From Candidatus Latescibacterota bacterium (GTDB taxonomy: Bacteria > Latescibacterota > UBA2968 > SICM01): a stretch of 64,000 nt of DNA. Location: positions 2,144,001 through 2,208,000 of the forward strand of contig CBDCJO010000002.1 of assembly GCA_965217865.1 (NCBI GenBank), written 5' to 3'. The notes under the pieces were generated by a model that made no database searches, was not told the origin of the DNA, and saw only the letters and a program-made list of their open reading frames with translations. Numbering within the stretch: position 1 is the first letter of the stretch; each line of letters starts with the position of its first letter. Of this stretch, positions 1-9,200 are shown piece after piece. The position numbers and the translations under genes were made by a program.

Positions 1-247
1 AGCTGAATCAATTCCTCCCGGCTCCGCTGTTTCCCCTCGACCTCCAGGGATCTGTAGGCCTCCTCTTTTTTCCGCATCAGGTCTCTCGGCTCCATTCCAA
101 GCAGATCCAGGATTCGCTCGATTTTCCTGCGGCCGGGGGGCGTCTCCAGGTAGGGTATGACATCCGGTTCGCCCCCCCCTTCAAGAGGTTTAAGGCCTCG
201 CGGCTTTTGCTGCATGCGGGATTGTGGTAAATAATGATCTGATCCAT
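1..247 (-). pseudogene. arsC: ArsC/Spx-family (glutaredoxin-type) arsenate reductase, frameshifted, runs off window start
   Basis: N-terminus MDQIIIYHNPACSKSREAL (H-N-P-x-C-S-K-S-R motif); family-like continuation (EPDVIPYLETPP...ILDLLGMEPRDLMRKKEEAY) is in another frame after the C8 run at ~172-179. Confidence 0.75.
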
Positions 248-254
248 TCCAATC

Positions 255-491
255 TCATGCGGATTTCCCGTCGATGGCCTTCTTAACCTCGGCATACTCG
301 GGGAAGCGCCCATGTTCCTTTTTTGAAAAGACCAGATTCCCGTCCACCGTTACTTCAAACACCCCACCGCCGGCGGGAATCAGCGCCATCGACTGAACCT
401 GCTTCTTGAAATCCTTCAGCAACTTCTCCGTCAAACTGACGGCTTGAGGTTCGTAGTTTCAGTCTGCACAATAGGTTAGCTCAATCTTCAT
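255..491 (-). CDS. SelW/SelT/SelH (Rdx) family selenoprotein, 78 aa, CxxU motif
   Basis: AGGAGG RBS then MKIELTYCAD-TGA(459-461)-NYEPQAVSLTEKLL...LIPAGGGVFEVTVDGNLVFSKKEHGRFPEYAEV; typical Rdx motifs on both sides of the UGA; absent from the ORF track. Confidence 0.92.
421..458 (-). promoter_or_regulatory. Bacterial SECIS-like hairpin immediately 3' of the Sec UGA
   Basis: CCGUCA-GUU-UGACGG stem-loop (428-442) with G first in the loop, 22 nt after UGA; outer AACU/AGUU pairing. Confidence 0.75.
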
Positions 492-551
492 CGTTTGCCT
501 CCTGACTGATAAACCCCGGGTTTTTCGGCTCCGCTTTTTCATCGCACGGAC

Positions 552-578
552 TGAATATTTCTCGAAACCTGCCGATAA
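552..578 (+). promoter_or_regulatory. Candidate sigma28 (FliA) promoter
   Basis: TGAA-N15-GCCGATAA vs consensus TAAA-N15-GCCGATAA. Confidence 0.45.
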
Positions 579-640
579 TCATGAATGTAACCGTTGGTGT
601 TGAAACCCCGGCTAAACGGCCATATTCGCGGGAGCCGAAG

Positions 641-937
641 ATGGACTTAAATTGGATTTTTTATGCGGTCGTCATGTTCATCGCAGGGGGGACCTGCTTC
701 TTCACAGCCATCGCCGCCCTCGTCAAACTTGATCAGGTCGAACCCCAGATGGCTACAGACCCTCTGATCACCCAGGAAGCCCCTTCCGGAACCAGGCCCG
801 AAACTGACGAGACTGGGTCGACCGGTCCAGGAAATTCGTCTCGTCTGACCAGCCTTTCTTTTGAAATCGACAAATATACACGAAGCCCCTTTCGTTCTCC
901 AACCAAAGGGGCTTTGAATTTTTCACTCGACTCTTGA
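641..937 (+). CDS. Hypothetical small membrane protein
   Basis: MDLNWIFYAVVMFIAGGTCFFTAIAALV single hydrophobic segment plus polar tail. Confidence 0.5.
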   Translation: MDLNWIFYAVVMFIAGGTCFFTAIAALVKLDQVEPQMATDPLITQEAPSGTRPETDETGSTGPGNSSRLTSLSFEIDKYTRSPFRSPTKGALNFSLDS

Positions 938-974
938 GTCCGCCGTTGGATGTTTCCTCTTGCGTTTCTCCCGA

Positions 975-1769
975 TTATTCCTTCAGATACCTGAAAAATT
1001 CCTGGATATATGACTTGGCGTTGTTGAGCTCTTCGGAGATGGAATTAACCTTTTGATCATCCAATCCCAGGACCTCCTCCACCATATCGCTGGGCTCTGG
1101 GATTTCAAGTTCATGATTCAGCCCGATATCGTTCTTTTTCGTGAGAATATTCGCAAGATGTACCATAAGCGCGAAATTGAGGTTTTCACCCTCCCCCCCG
1201 ACAAGGTTGTGGTGGTATGTGATCGGAACGATCAGGGCATCCGGGAATATCCACCGCGTCGATCGCCATCCTCCGACTTCTGCGTGGTCGATATTGAGCA
1301 CGTCGGTTTCCACGTCCACTGCAGATCGGCCCTCATCGATCATCTCCTCCATGACATCCTGATACTGGTCGTTGAAGTGGGTGTCGAGTATGACCTTTGC
1401 CGATGTCGTGAAGGAGTCCCGCCACAAACGGCGTTCCCACATCCTTGAAACCCTGGGATTTGGCCACAAGCCTGGCCCCTTCCGCACAACCAATCGAGTG
1501 CATCCAGAACTGCTCCCGGTCAAAACTGACCTTTCCCACTTTCTGCTGGAGGGACCCAAAAACCGAGACACCCAGCGCCAGACTCTTGACCGTGTCAAAC
1601 CCGAGCACGACCACCGCCTGTGGAATGGTCGCGATACGCCTCGAGAATCCGTAGAAAGCCGAGTTGGCCAGATTCAACACCTTGGCTGAAACAGATTGGT
1701 CGTGTGCGATGATATCCGCCAATTATTTTTTATATTCCGTATGGCTAACCGAACGTCTTCACGATCCAT
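975..1769 (-). pseudogene. HDOD-domain protein, disrupted
   Basis: DQSVSAKVLNLANSAFYG, FWMHSIGCA, GLLHDIGK, DHAEVGGW motifs split over frames; frameshift at ~1397; LPTLP segment missing after MDREDVRLAIRNIKN (start 1769, GAGGAG RBS). Confidence 0.85.
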
Positions 1770-1895
1770 CTTGTCTCCTCACGATCGACTTGACTGGACC
1801 AAGAAGCCCCTCACCCGGCTCGATACGAGATCCAAAAAGATGAAGGCTGAATCGATCAGATCCAGCATCCATCCTCCCGACTTTAATGCGATATC

Positions 1896-1971
<76 letters not shown>

Positions 1972-1988
1972 GCTAAAATTTTCGGTTA

Positions 1989-2017
1989 AAGATACATCTA
2001 TGTTTAGAGTCTGTCAA
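1989..2017 (-). promoter_or_regulatory. sigma70 promoter of tRNA-Lys
   Basis: TTGACA-17 bp-TATCTT. Confidence 0.65.
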
Positions 2018-2050
2018 GGTCTTCTTCGGTCCAAAAACCGCTCGGATATT

Positions 2051-2080
2051 TTTCATTTTACATTTTACATTTTACATTTC
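2051..2080. repeat. Heptamer tandem repeat (TTACATT-type, ~4 copies)
   Basis: tttcatt ttacatt ttacatt ttacatt. Confidence 0.8.
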
Positions 2081-2088
2081 CCGCCTCC

Positions 2089-2619
2089 CTATCCGCCGAC
2101 TTTCTTCCTCTTGGCCTTTTCCCCCCCTTTCCCTTTCTCCCCCTCTCTTTCGTACTGACCGCTTCGACCCCCCGCTTTTTTCATCAGCCGGATGTTGGAG
2201 ATCACCATGCCTCGATCGAGGGCCTTGCACATATCGTAAATCGTCAACAACGCCACCGATGTAGCGGCCAGGGCCTCCATCTCCACGCCCGTGCGATCGG
2301 TTGTCGAAACCCGGGTCTCGGCGTGTATCCTGTCCCGGTCCACTTTGAACGATAACTCAATGCCCGTGATCCGAAGTGGATGGCAGAGGGGGATGATGTT
2401 CCCAGTCGACTTCGCGGCCATGACGCCGGCAATTCGCGCTGCTTCAAACACGTTCCCCTTCGGGACCAGGCCCTCGGCCACGGTCTCGATCGTTTTTGGC
2501 ATTGCGACGATTTCACCCTTGGCCACGGCCGTGCGATAGGTGGGGGGTTTGGCCGTTACATCGACCATGCGGAGGGTGCCATCCCGAGAGAGGTGTGTCA
2601 GTTGGCGAGAAGCTCCCAT
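2089..2619 (-). CDS. moaC: Cyclic pyranopterin monophosphate synthase MoaC
   Basis: LTHL...MVDV, IPLCHP, TGVEMEAL, TIYDMCKA, K-GG-SG motifs. Confidence 0.95.
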   Translation of the reverse strand: MGASRQLTHLSRDGTLRMVDVTAKPPTYRTAVAKGEIVAMPKTIETVAEGLVPKGNVFEAARIAGVMAAKSTGNIIPLCHPLRITGIELSFKVDRDRIHAETRVSTTDRTGVEMEALAATSVALLTIYDMCKALDRGMVISNIRLMKKAGGRSGQYEREGEKGKGGEKAKRKKVGG

Positions 2620-3524
2620 AGGAGGGCCTTCTGGGCGTGGAGACGGTTTTCCGCCTGCTTGAAGACGATCGAACGCGGTCCGTTCACGACCCCTTCCGTG
2701 ATCTCATAGCCTTTGTGCGCGGGAAGGCAATGCATGATCAGGGCCCGGCTGTTGCAGGCAAGGAGCTCTTCATTGATTTGATACGGCGACATGATGTCGA
2801 TTCGTCGCGCCTTCTCCTCGGCGTACTTTGAGTCTGAGAAGTATTCCATGTCCAGCCACGTGTCCGTGTAAATAAAGTCAACCTCCTTAACAGCCGAGCG
2901 CACATCGAGAGTGGTCTTATAGAAGCCCGTTTTGCGAGCGCTTTCCAGGAGTTCTTCGTCCTCTGACGGGGTGTTTCCTTCGGGAGCCACCACCGTGATC
3001 TCCATCGCCAGCTTGGTGCAGCCTACAATCAGAGAGTTGCAGACATTGTTGTGAACGCCGATATAAACGATCTTGCTGCCCTCAAGTCGGTCGGTGTGTT
3101 CTCGGATCGTCAGGAGATCCCCGAGGATCTGACACGGGTGGTAGATTTCGCAGCACCCGTTGATCACCGGAACTTTTGAGCCCTTCGCGATCTTCAGGAG
3201 ATCCGAATGTCGAAGCATCCGTGCGACGATACAATCGACATAGTGGGATAAGACCCGGGCTTCGTCTTCCAGGTCGGAGAGGGCGAAATTGGTCGTGTTC
3301 CAGTCCATGTAGATTGTGTTCCCCCCCATCTGTGCCATTCCCACCTCGAACGACGCCCTCGTTCGGGTTGAGGTTTTCTGGAAAAGGAGACACAGGTTTA
3401 GGCCTTCGAGGGTGCTTCCGAAATATCCGGGGCGATCCTTCATGTCCACGGCTCGGCGGATGATATCCTGGATCTTGTCCGATGACCAATCCTTAAGATT
3501 CAGCATGTGTCTTGATTTCGTCAT
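2598..3524 (-). CDS. argF: Ornithine carbamoyltransferase
   Basis: STRTR, HPCQ, HCLPAH, AENRLHAQKA motifs. Confidence 0.93.
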   Translation of the reverse strand: MTKSRHMLNLKDWSSDKIQDIIRRAVDMKDRPGYFGSTLEGLNLCLLFQKTSTRTRASFEVGMAQMGGNTIYMDWNTTNFALSDLEDEARVLSHYVDCIVARMLRHSDLLKIAKGSKVPVINGCCEIYHPCQILGDLLTIREHTDRLEGSKIVYIGVHNNVCNSLIVGCTKLAMEITVVAPEGNTPSEDEELLESARKTGFYKTTLDVRSAVKEVDFIYTDTWLDMEYFSDSKYAEEKARRIDIMSPYQINEELLACNSRALIMHCLPAHKGYEITEGVVNGPRSIVFKQAENRLHAQKALLWELLAN

Positions 3525-3528
3525 GGAT

Positions 3529-4491
3529 TCATCCGGGTATGACGAGTCGCTTCCGTATGGCTTTGAGGAGGGCCCTTTTGACGCACGACGTCTCGCCTTC
3601 GATGCTACAGCCGGAGGCGTTCGGATGACCTCCGCCTTTGAAATCTTTTGCCAATTCGTTTACGTTGAAGCTCCCGCGTGATCGAAGGCTGACCCGAAAC
3701 TTTCTCGGGCCCTGTTCTTTCAAAAACGCCGCCAACTCGACCCCGGAGATGGAGATGGCCGTATCAACGATCCCGTCCAGATCGACTGAGTTTCGAACAG
3801 CCCGGTAGGGCAAACTCAGGATAGCAGCACGGCCTTTGAAATGAAGCTCAAGAGTGGAAAGCGCCTCTCCCAGTACCTTGACCGACCGAAAACTCCGTTG
3901 AGCGTAAACCGCATCCGCGATCCCCACCGGATCGGCGCCCATATCGACCAGGGATGACGCGGAAGAGAAAGCGCGATAACGGTTGGAATATCGGAAACAG
4001 CCCGTATCGAACAGGATACCCGTGTAGAGCTGAGCGGCCATTTCCTGCTCGATATGGATCCTGAGGGCGTTTGCGAGGAAAAGCACCAGCTCCGCTGTTG
4101 AAGAGGCGGTCTCATCGACCAGGTTCACGGACCCAAAGCGGAGGTTGCTCGTGTGATGATCGACGTTCAGAATTCTCGCCCTCTTATCGATCAGCTTTCG
4201 GACCTCGCCGATTCTGTCCAATCCCGGAGAATCCGCGACCAGAACGTGGGAGGATCGATGTTCGTGCATTGAACGGGAGTAAGGTTCGATCCGATCGAAT
4301 CCGGGCAAAAAACGATACTTGACGTCAGCCTCACGGTCGTGGATCACGAGGCGAGGGGTTTTTCCCATCTGCTCGACGATCCCGGCGAGGGCCAGGATTG
4401 AACCGATCCCATCCCCATCCGCCTGCACGTGGGTGGTGATGAGATATTCTTCACCTTCTTTGAAAAACCGCTTGGCATGCCGAAAGTCCAT
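3529..4491 (-). CDS. nrnA: DHH/DHHA1 phosphoesterase, NrnA-like oligoribonuclease/PAP phosphatase
   Basis: H-x3-DGD, DHH, DTG-F, SLRS, GGGH motifs. Confidence 0.88.
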   Translation of the reverse strand: MDFRHAKRFFKEGEEYLITTHVQADGDGIGSILALAGIVEQMGKTPRLVIHDREADVKYRFLPGFDRIEPYSRSMHEHRSSHVLVADSPGLDRIGEVRKLIDKRARILNVDHHTSNLRFGSVNLVDETASSTAELVLFLANALRIHIEQEMAAQLYTGILFDTGCFRYSNRYRAFSSASSLVDMGADPVGIADAVYAQRSFRSVKVLGEALSTLELHFKGRAAILSLPYRAVRNSVDLDGIVDTAISISGVELAAFLKEQGPRKFRVSLRSRGSFNVNELAKDFKGGGHPNASGCSIEGETSCVKRALLKAIRKRLVIPG

Positions 4492-4559
4492 AGACTGTTT
4501 TTTGCCGCTTGATCATCCCGGCGTTGAGGGCTGCGAATAGCTTGTGTCCTGAAATAAAG

Positions 4560-4592
4560 AACCGCCGAGATCAGGTAGTCACCTCGGCGGTT
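4560..4592 (-). terminator. Intrinsic terminator after the surface-protein pair
   Basis: AACCGCCGAG...CTCGGCGGTT stem followed by T-rich tract on - strand. Confidence 0.7.
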
Positions 4593-4620
4593 CCTGTTAC
4601 GATCTATACCACTGATCGGG

Positions 4621-6141
4621 TCACTTCAACAGCATCATCTTCTGGACGTTCTTGAAGTTTCCGGCCGTGATGTGGGCGAAGTAGACGCCACTCGCCACAC
4701 GGCGGCCTGAATTATCCCTCGCGTCCCACTGGATGCTGTAACGCCCGGCGGCTGTCTCCGAGCTACGGGCGAGAGATCGAATCTCCTGTCCGATGGCATC
4801 GTAGACGACGATCGATACCTTTGCAGCCTCTGGAAGGCTGTAAGCGATCGTGGTGGCCGGGTTGAAGGGGTTCGGGTAGACCATCGTGCTGAATTCTGAG
4901 GGAAGATCGACAAACCGACCGCCCAGCAGGACTTCAGCAACACCCGATCGGGTCACGGTCCCATCCAGATCCACCTGTTCCAGAACATAGTAGACTTTCC
5001 CAACGTCCTCGGGCAGGTTTGCATCCGAAAATCCGTAGTCGAGCGCTTCGTTCGAAGTGCCCGCTCCTGGGACGATGTCCCCCACCGGCTCGAAGTTTTC
5101 GTTATCCGTGCTGCGCAGCACGCGCCAGCCGGCGTTGTTTGTCTGTGAAACCGCGGTCCAGTTCAACTGGACGTTTCCTTCCTTCAACTCACCGGCAAAC
5201 GCCGAGAGCTCCGCAGGAAACGCCACGTCGAAGATCACTCGGGCGGTGTCCACGGTGCCTCCGGCACCGATGATGATCGTCGCGGTCCCCGAACCGATCT
5301 CGTTGCCGCCCAGGGTAATCGTCGACGTTCCATCCGCCAGTGTGATCGTGCTGAATGTAACCTCTGTGGCCCCTAGGACCAACGGCAGGCTTGGCAGGGT
5401 GGTAACCGGGTCCCCCGTGATGTCATCGATCGTCACACCGATGGCCCCGGTCAGGGCCGCGGAAACGGTCCAGGTGATCGTGTCGCCCGCGGCACCGGTA
5501 AGACTGGCCGAAAGCGTCGTGGCACCGTGGGACGAGACATCCTGCGTCGGAGCACCATCGATCATCGCCTCAGGCGCCGGTGGATTGATCACAAAGATCT
5601 TTGCGGATCGATCCGAATTGATGAATACCGTGTCGATCTCCGATCCGGCCCGCAGCGCAACCCAGACGACAGCAATCCCGCCCGTCGTAAACCCGGCCTT
5701 TGTGGTGAACGTAAAGGTGGCTATACCATCGTCCCCATCGACCGGCGGAAACAAGAAAATGACATTCCCTATCAATGCCCGGGTATCGAAACCTTCAACA
5801 TCCGTGTTCGCTTCCGTTATGGCGGGCAGTGTCGTGGCGTTCGTCAGGTTGTTCACAGCCGTGGGGTTGTCAAAATCGGCCGTGTTGAACCACGCACCCG
5901 CCGTGTATCCCGTCGCGCCGCTCAGACCGGTCGCGCTGATGGCCAGGGTGATCGTCTCCTCCTCACCCATCATCTCCTCCTCACCCATCATCTCCTCCTC
6001 ACCCATCATCTCCCCCGCCTTGCTTACGACCGCGGAGATCGCCGCGTTGGCGTTTGGACCCGCGTAGGCCATGCCCACCCACGTCAGTGCCAATGCTGCG
6101 GCCAGAACGAGGGCGGGTATTACTCTTGTGAACTTTGGCAT
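4621..6141 (-). CDS. Secreted protein: signal peptide, (MMGEEE)3, cohesin-like N-terminal domain, PAEL-motif Ig-like domain, FlgD-Ig/T9SS-like CTD
   Basis: N-terminal signal (…GMAYA), FPAELSAF..VQLNW, YPNPFNP..WD-RDNSGRRVASGVYF..KMMLLK. Confidence 0.8.
   Translation of the reverse strand: MPKFTRVIPALVLAAALALTWVGMAYAGPNANAAISAVVSKAGEMMGEEEMMGEEEMMGEEETITLAISATGLSGATGYTAGAWFNTADFDNPTAVNNLTNATTLPAITEANTDVEGFDTRALIGNVIFLFPPVDGDDGIATFTFTTKAGFTTGGIAVVWVALRAGSEIDTVFINSDRSAKIFVINPPAPEAMIDGAPTQDVSSHGATTLSASLTGAAGDTITWTVSAALTGAIGVTIDDITGDPVTTLPSLPLVLGATEVTFSTITLADGTSTITLGGNEIGSGTATIIIGAGGTVDTARVIFDVAFPAELSAFAGELKEGNVQLNWTAVSQTNNAGWRVLRSTDNENFEPVGDIVPGAGTSNEALDYGFSDANLPEDVGKVYYVLEQVDLDGTVTRSGVAEVLLGGRFVDLPSEFSTMVYPNPFNPATTIAYSLPEAAKVSIVVYDAIGQEIRSLARSSETAAGRYSIQWDARDNSGRRVASGVYFAHITAGNFKNVQKMMLLK
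5956..6009. repeat. Perfect 18-bp tandem repeat x3 encoding MMGEEE
   Basis: ctcctcctcacccatcat at 5956, 5974, 5992. Confidence 0.95.
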
Positions 6142-6235
6142 CGCATCCCCTCCTCAAATGCCGGGACTGGAATATGGGAAAGCCTCGACCTTTTCGGGCC
6201 AAGGCTCCCATACTCCGAAATTCAGGCAGGCTAGG

Positions 6236-9200
6236 CTACTTGAGCAGCATCAGCTTCTTGACGGCCCGGAACTTGTCAGCCCTGAGGCTGTAGAAGTAGA
6301 TCCCGCTCGATACCGTCAGGCCGCGATCGTCTCTTCCATCCCACCGGATCGAATACCGACCCGCTGCCTGATTCTCGTCGACCAGTGTCCGTACAACCTG
6401 GCCCACCATGTTGTAAATCCTCAGTTCGACCTGTCCGCTCTCAGCCAGATCGAACTTGATGGTGGTCTCGGGGTTGAACGGGTTGGGATAGTTCTGCCTG
6501 AGAGCGAATTCAGTCGGAGTAGTCTGAATTTCAAGGACGTCCAGAGTCAGCACCGGGTTGAGGAGCCGGTCCCCGTCGACCAGGATGCCGTTGTCGATCT
6601 CAAACCGAACGGCATCCTCGAATTCGCCCTTCACGTTGAACACGAACTGCGCAACGGTCCCGGAACCGGCCACCGATCCCTCACCGGAGATCGCATTGGC
6701 CACCTGGACCTTGCCGGGCCCGGTCACCTCCAGGAACACCGGGGTGACCCCGCCCTGAGTCAGCAGGTTGTCGTCTCCCGGCGTGACCTCCACCAGTTCG
6801 AACTTCTGCGCGTCGTAGGTCAGCGTGAACCCGTAACCTTTCAGATCCACGGCGTCGGAGACGGTCACGTCCACCTGAACCGGCTGGCCGGGAAGCACCC
6901 GGGCCGAGGCCAGTTTCAGTTCGAGACCGGTTTCCCGGTTCGCCCCGAAGGCCGGCATCTGAACCGCGATCTTCCCCGCAGACTCGGTCGACGGCGCTTC
7001 GGCCTCCAGCCCGAAGGAGACCGAGAAGGCGAAGAAGTCGTCCAAGTCGACTTTCCCGTCGTCGTTCGTGTCCGCCTGCGGGTTCAAGACCGGATTGCCT
7101 GCGGCATCGTCCTGTCCGAAGTTGTACGAAAACTCGAAGAAGTCGTCCAAGTCCGCCACGAGGTTGAAGTGAGGATCACCCTCCGCGAGCATCAGAAAGA
7201 CCGGTGTGCTGGTTGCCGTAAAATACTGGATCCGGCGCCTCTCGAAGCTCACCAACACCGGCTGCCCCAAGGTGGTATTGTCCAGATCCGTCGCGTCGAT
7301 CCGATACACGAACTCGTCGCCGAACTCTTCCGGGACCACCTCAGAGAAGGACCCGCTGCCCGCCGACAGGCTCGCGACCACTTCGAGATTCTCATCATCC
7401 GGGCCACGGAGGATTTCGTAGGTCCGCACGCCCGGGATCGGGGTGATGTAGCCCCGATACGGAGTCAGGCCGACGATCCTGTCATCCACGGAGACCTCCC
7501 AGGTCAGGGTGACCTCGCGGTCATCCGTGGTGGCCTCCTCGCCGCTTACCGCGGCCGGCGGAAGATCATCGGTCCCTGCTGCCAGTCCGGCAGCAACGGT
7601 GGCGGCCGAAGCCCGGACCTGGGCGACCTGCGCCCGGATCCCCTCGGGCAGCCGCATCGCTGTCTTTCTCAGGCCATCCAGATCGAGCACGCCGAGGAGC
7701 AGGTCCTTCCGGTCGCCCAGGATGGACGTTCTGTATTCATAGGAGGGTCCGAAGATATTCAGGACCTCCTCGGCCGGCATCACCGAACGGATGCCCAGAA
7801 GCGCCAGCGTCTGCTTCACGCTCTCTGCGCTGTAGACCACCTTGGCGAGGCTCAAAGTCGCATCGGAGGGCTTGCCGCCCATCTCGGCGGTGATCGCCCA
7901 CCGCGTCTGCTGGTTGTCGAGCGTCGGGATGACCGCCCGGCTGACCGCCTGTGCGGCCGCGATCGGCGGGACAGCGTCCACCTTGGCCCACGGGACCCAC
8001 TCGCCTGCCGAGGCTGTTAACTCGGTCAGCGCGCCGGAGTCGTCGAGGCCATGGTTGACCTGGATGAACCGCCAGATCCGGTAAGCCGAAAGCCGTCCGT
8101 GCTGCGTCGTGTTCGGCCACGTGGCCAGGACGAACCCTCCCTGGTCTCCCATGCCGTCCGCCCCCATGTAGTTCTCGACCACGAGGGTGTCCGGCTTCAA
8201 CACGGTCGGATCACCCGGGAGTTGTGGACCGACCGGCCCCCCGGTGATCCGGACATAGAGTGTGCCGATGGCCTGGGCCTGAGCCGAGGTTCCATCCATG
8301 AATTGATCCAGGTTTGTCGTCACGGCGGTGATCAGGACTTCATCGTTCACGTTCGGGGCCTGGAACGAGAATTCGGTCCAGCCAGCCGAGCCGATCGTCT
8401 GCGGTCCCTGGGGCACGCCCAGTCCCTCGTAGTTCGAACTGAACTCCAGGTAGATGACCTCTAGGGCGTTCCCGCCGCTGGAGTCGGTGTAGATCAAATC
8501 GGCCTGCTTCAAGCTCGGGTTGCCGAACTTGTCCTGCGGCTGGACATGGACCAGGAAGGCGCGGCCCGCCTGCTCGTCGGTCGTATCCAGCGACGAGGCC
8601 ATCAGCCGGTACTTCGTCATCTGACCGGCTTCGTAAACCAGACCCGCGCTTTTGCCGGAGCTATGGACCGCGCTGACCGTGTCCATCACGTTCACGAAAA
8701 TCCGGTCCTGTACGACCATGTTGGATACGGTGATACTGCGTGAGCCCAGGATCCACTGGGGGCCCAGCGTGGCCCGCCTCCGGCCCCCTTCAATCAGGGC
8801 GGGCTGCTCGGTCACGCCCATGCCGGAGATGTGCACCCCGCTCAGGTCAGCCGTCTCGTCAGACGACCAGACGGTCACCAGGACGCCATTCGGATTATAG
8901 TCCGGAGAGTTGGCCTTCAGGACCGTGTCCCATCCGGTCACTTGCAGAGTGACGCCCGATCCATCGCCCACGACAACCGTGTCGTTTGACGTCACCTCCA
9001 CGCGGATCGAGTCCGGCTGGGCGGCCTGGAAGCCCACGTCGTAGAACAGCGTGTCCGGGGGTTCGGTGACGGTCCAGTTGTAGGCCCGGTCCCGTCCGAA
9101 GAGCTGAAGCGCGTAGAAAGTCTTATCATCCAGGGAGTCCACATCGATATCAACCTTCTGAGTAACGGTCGTGGAGGTCAAGTCGATGTTGGGGTTGCCT

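Noticed and set aside
77-313. 78-aa ORF as listed in the ORF track
   Set aside because: Its first 22 codons overlap the selenoprotein in another frame and its tail is the out-of-frame part of arsC.
5057-8020. Long plus-strand ORFs (336 aa, 649 aa)
   Set aside because: Antisense shadows of GC-rich minus-strand genes; no motifs or RBS.
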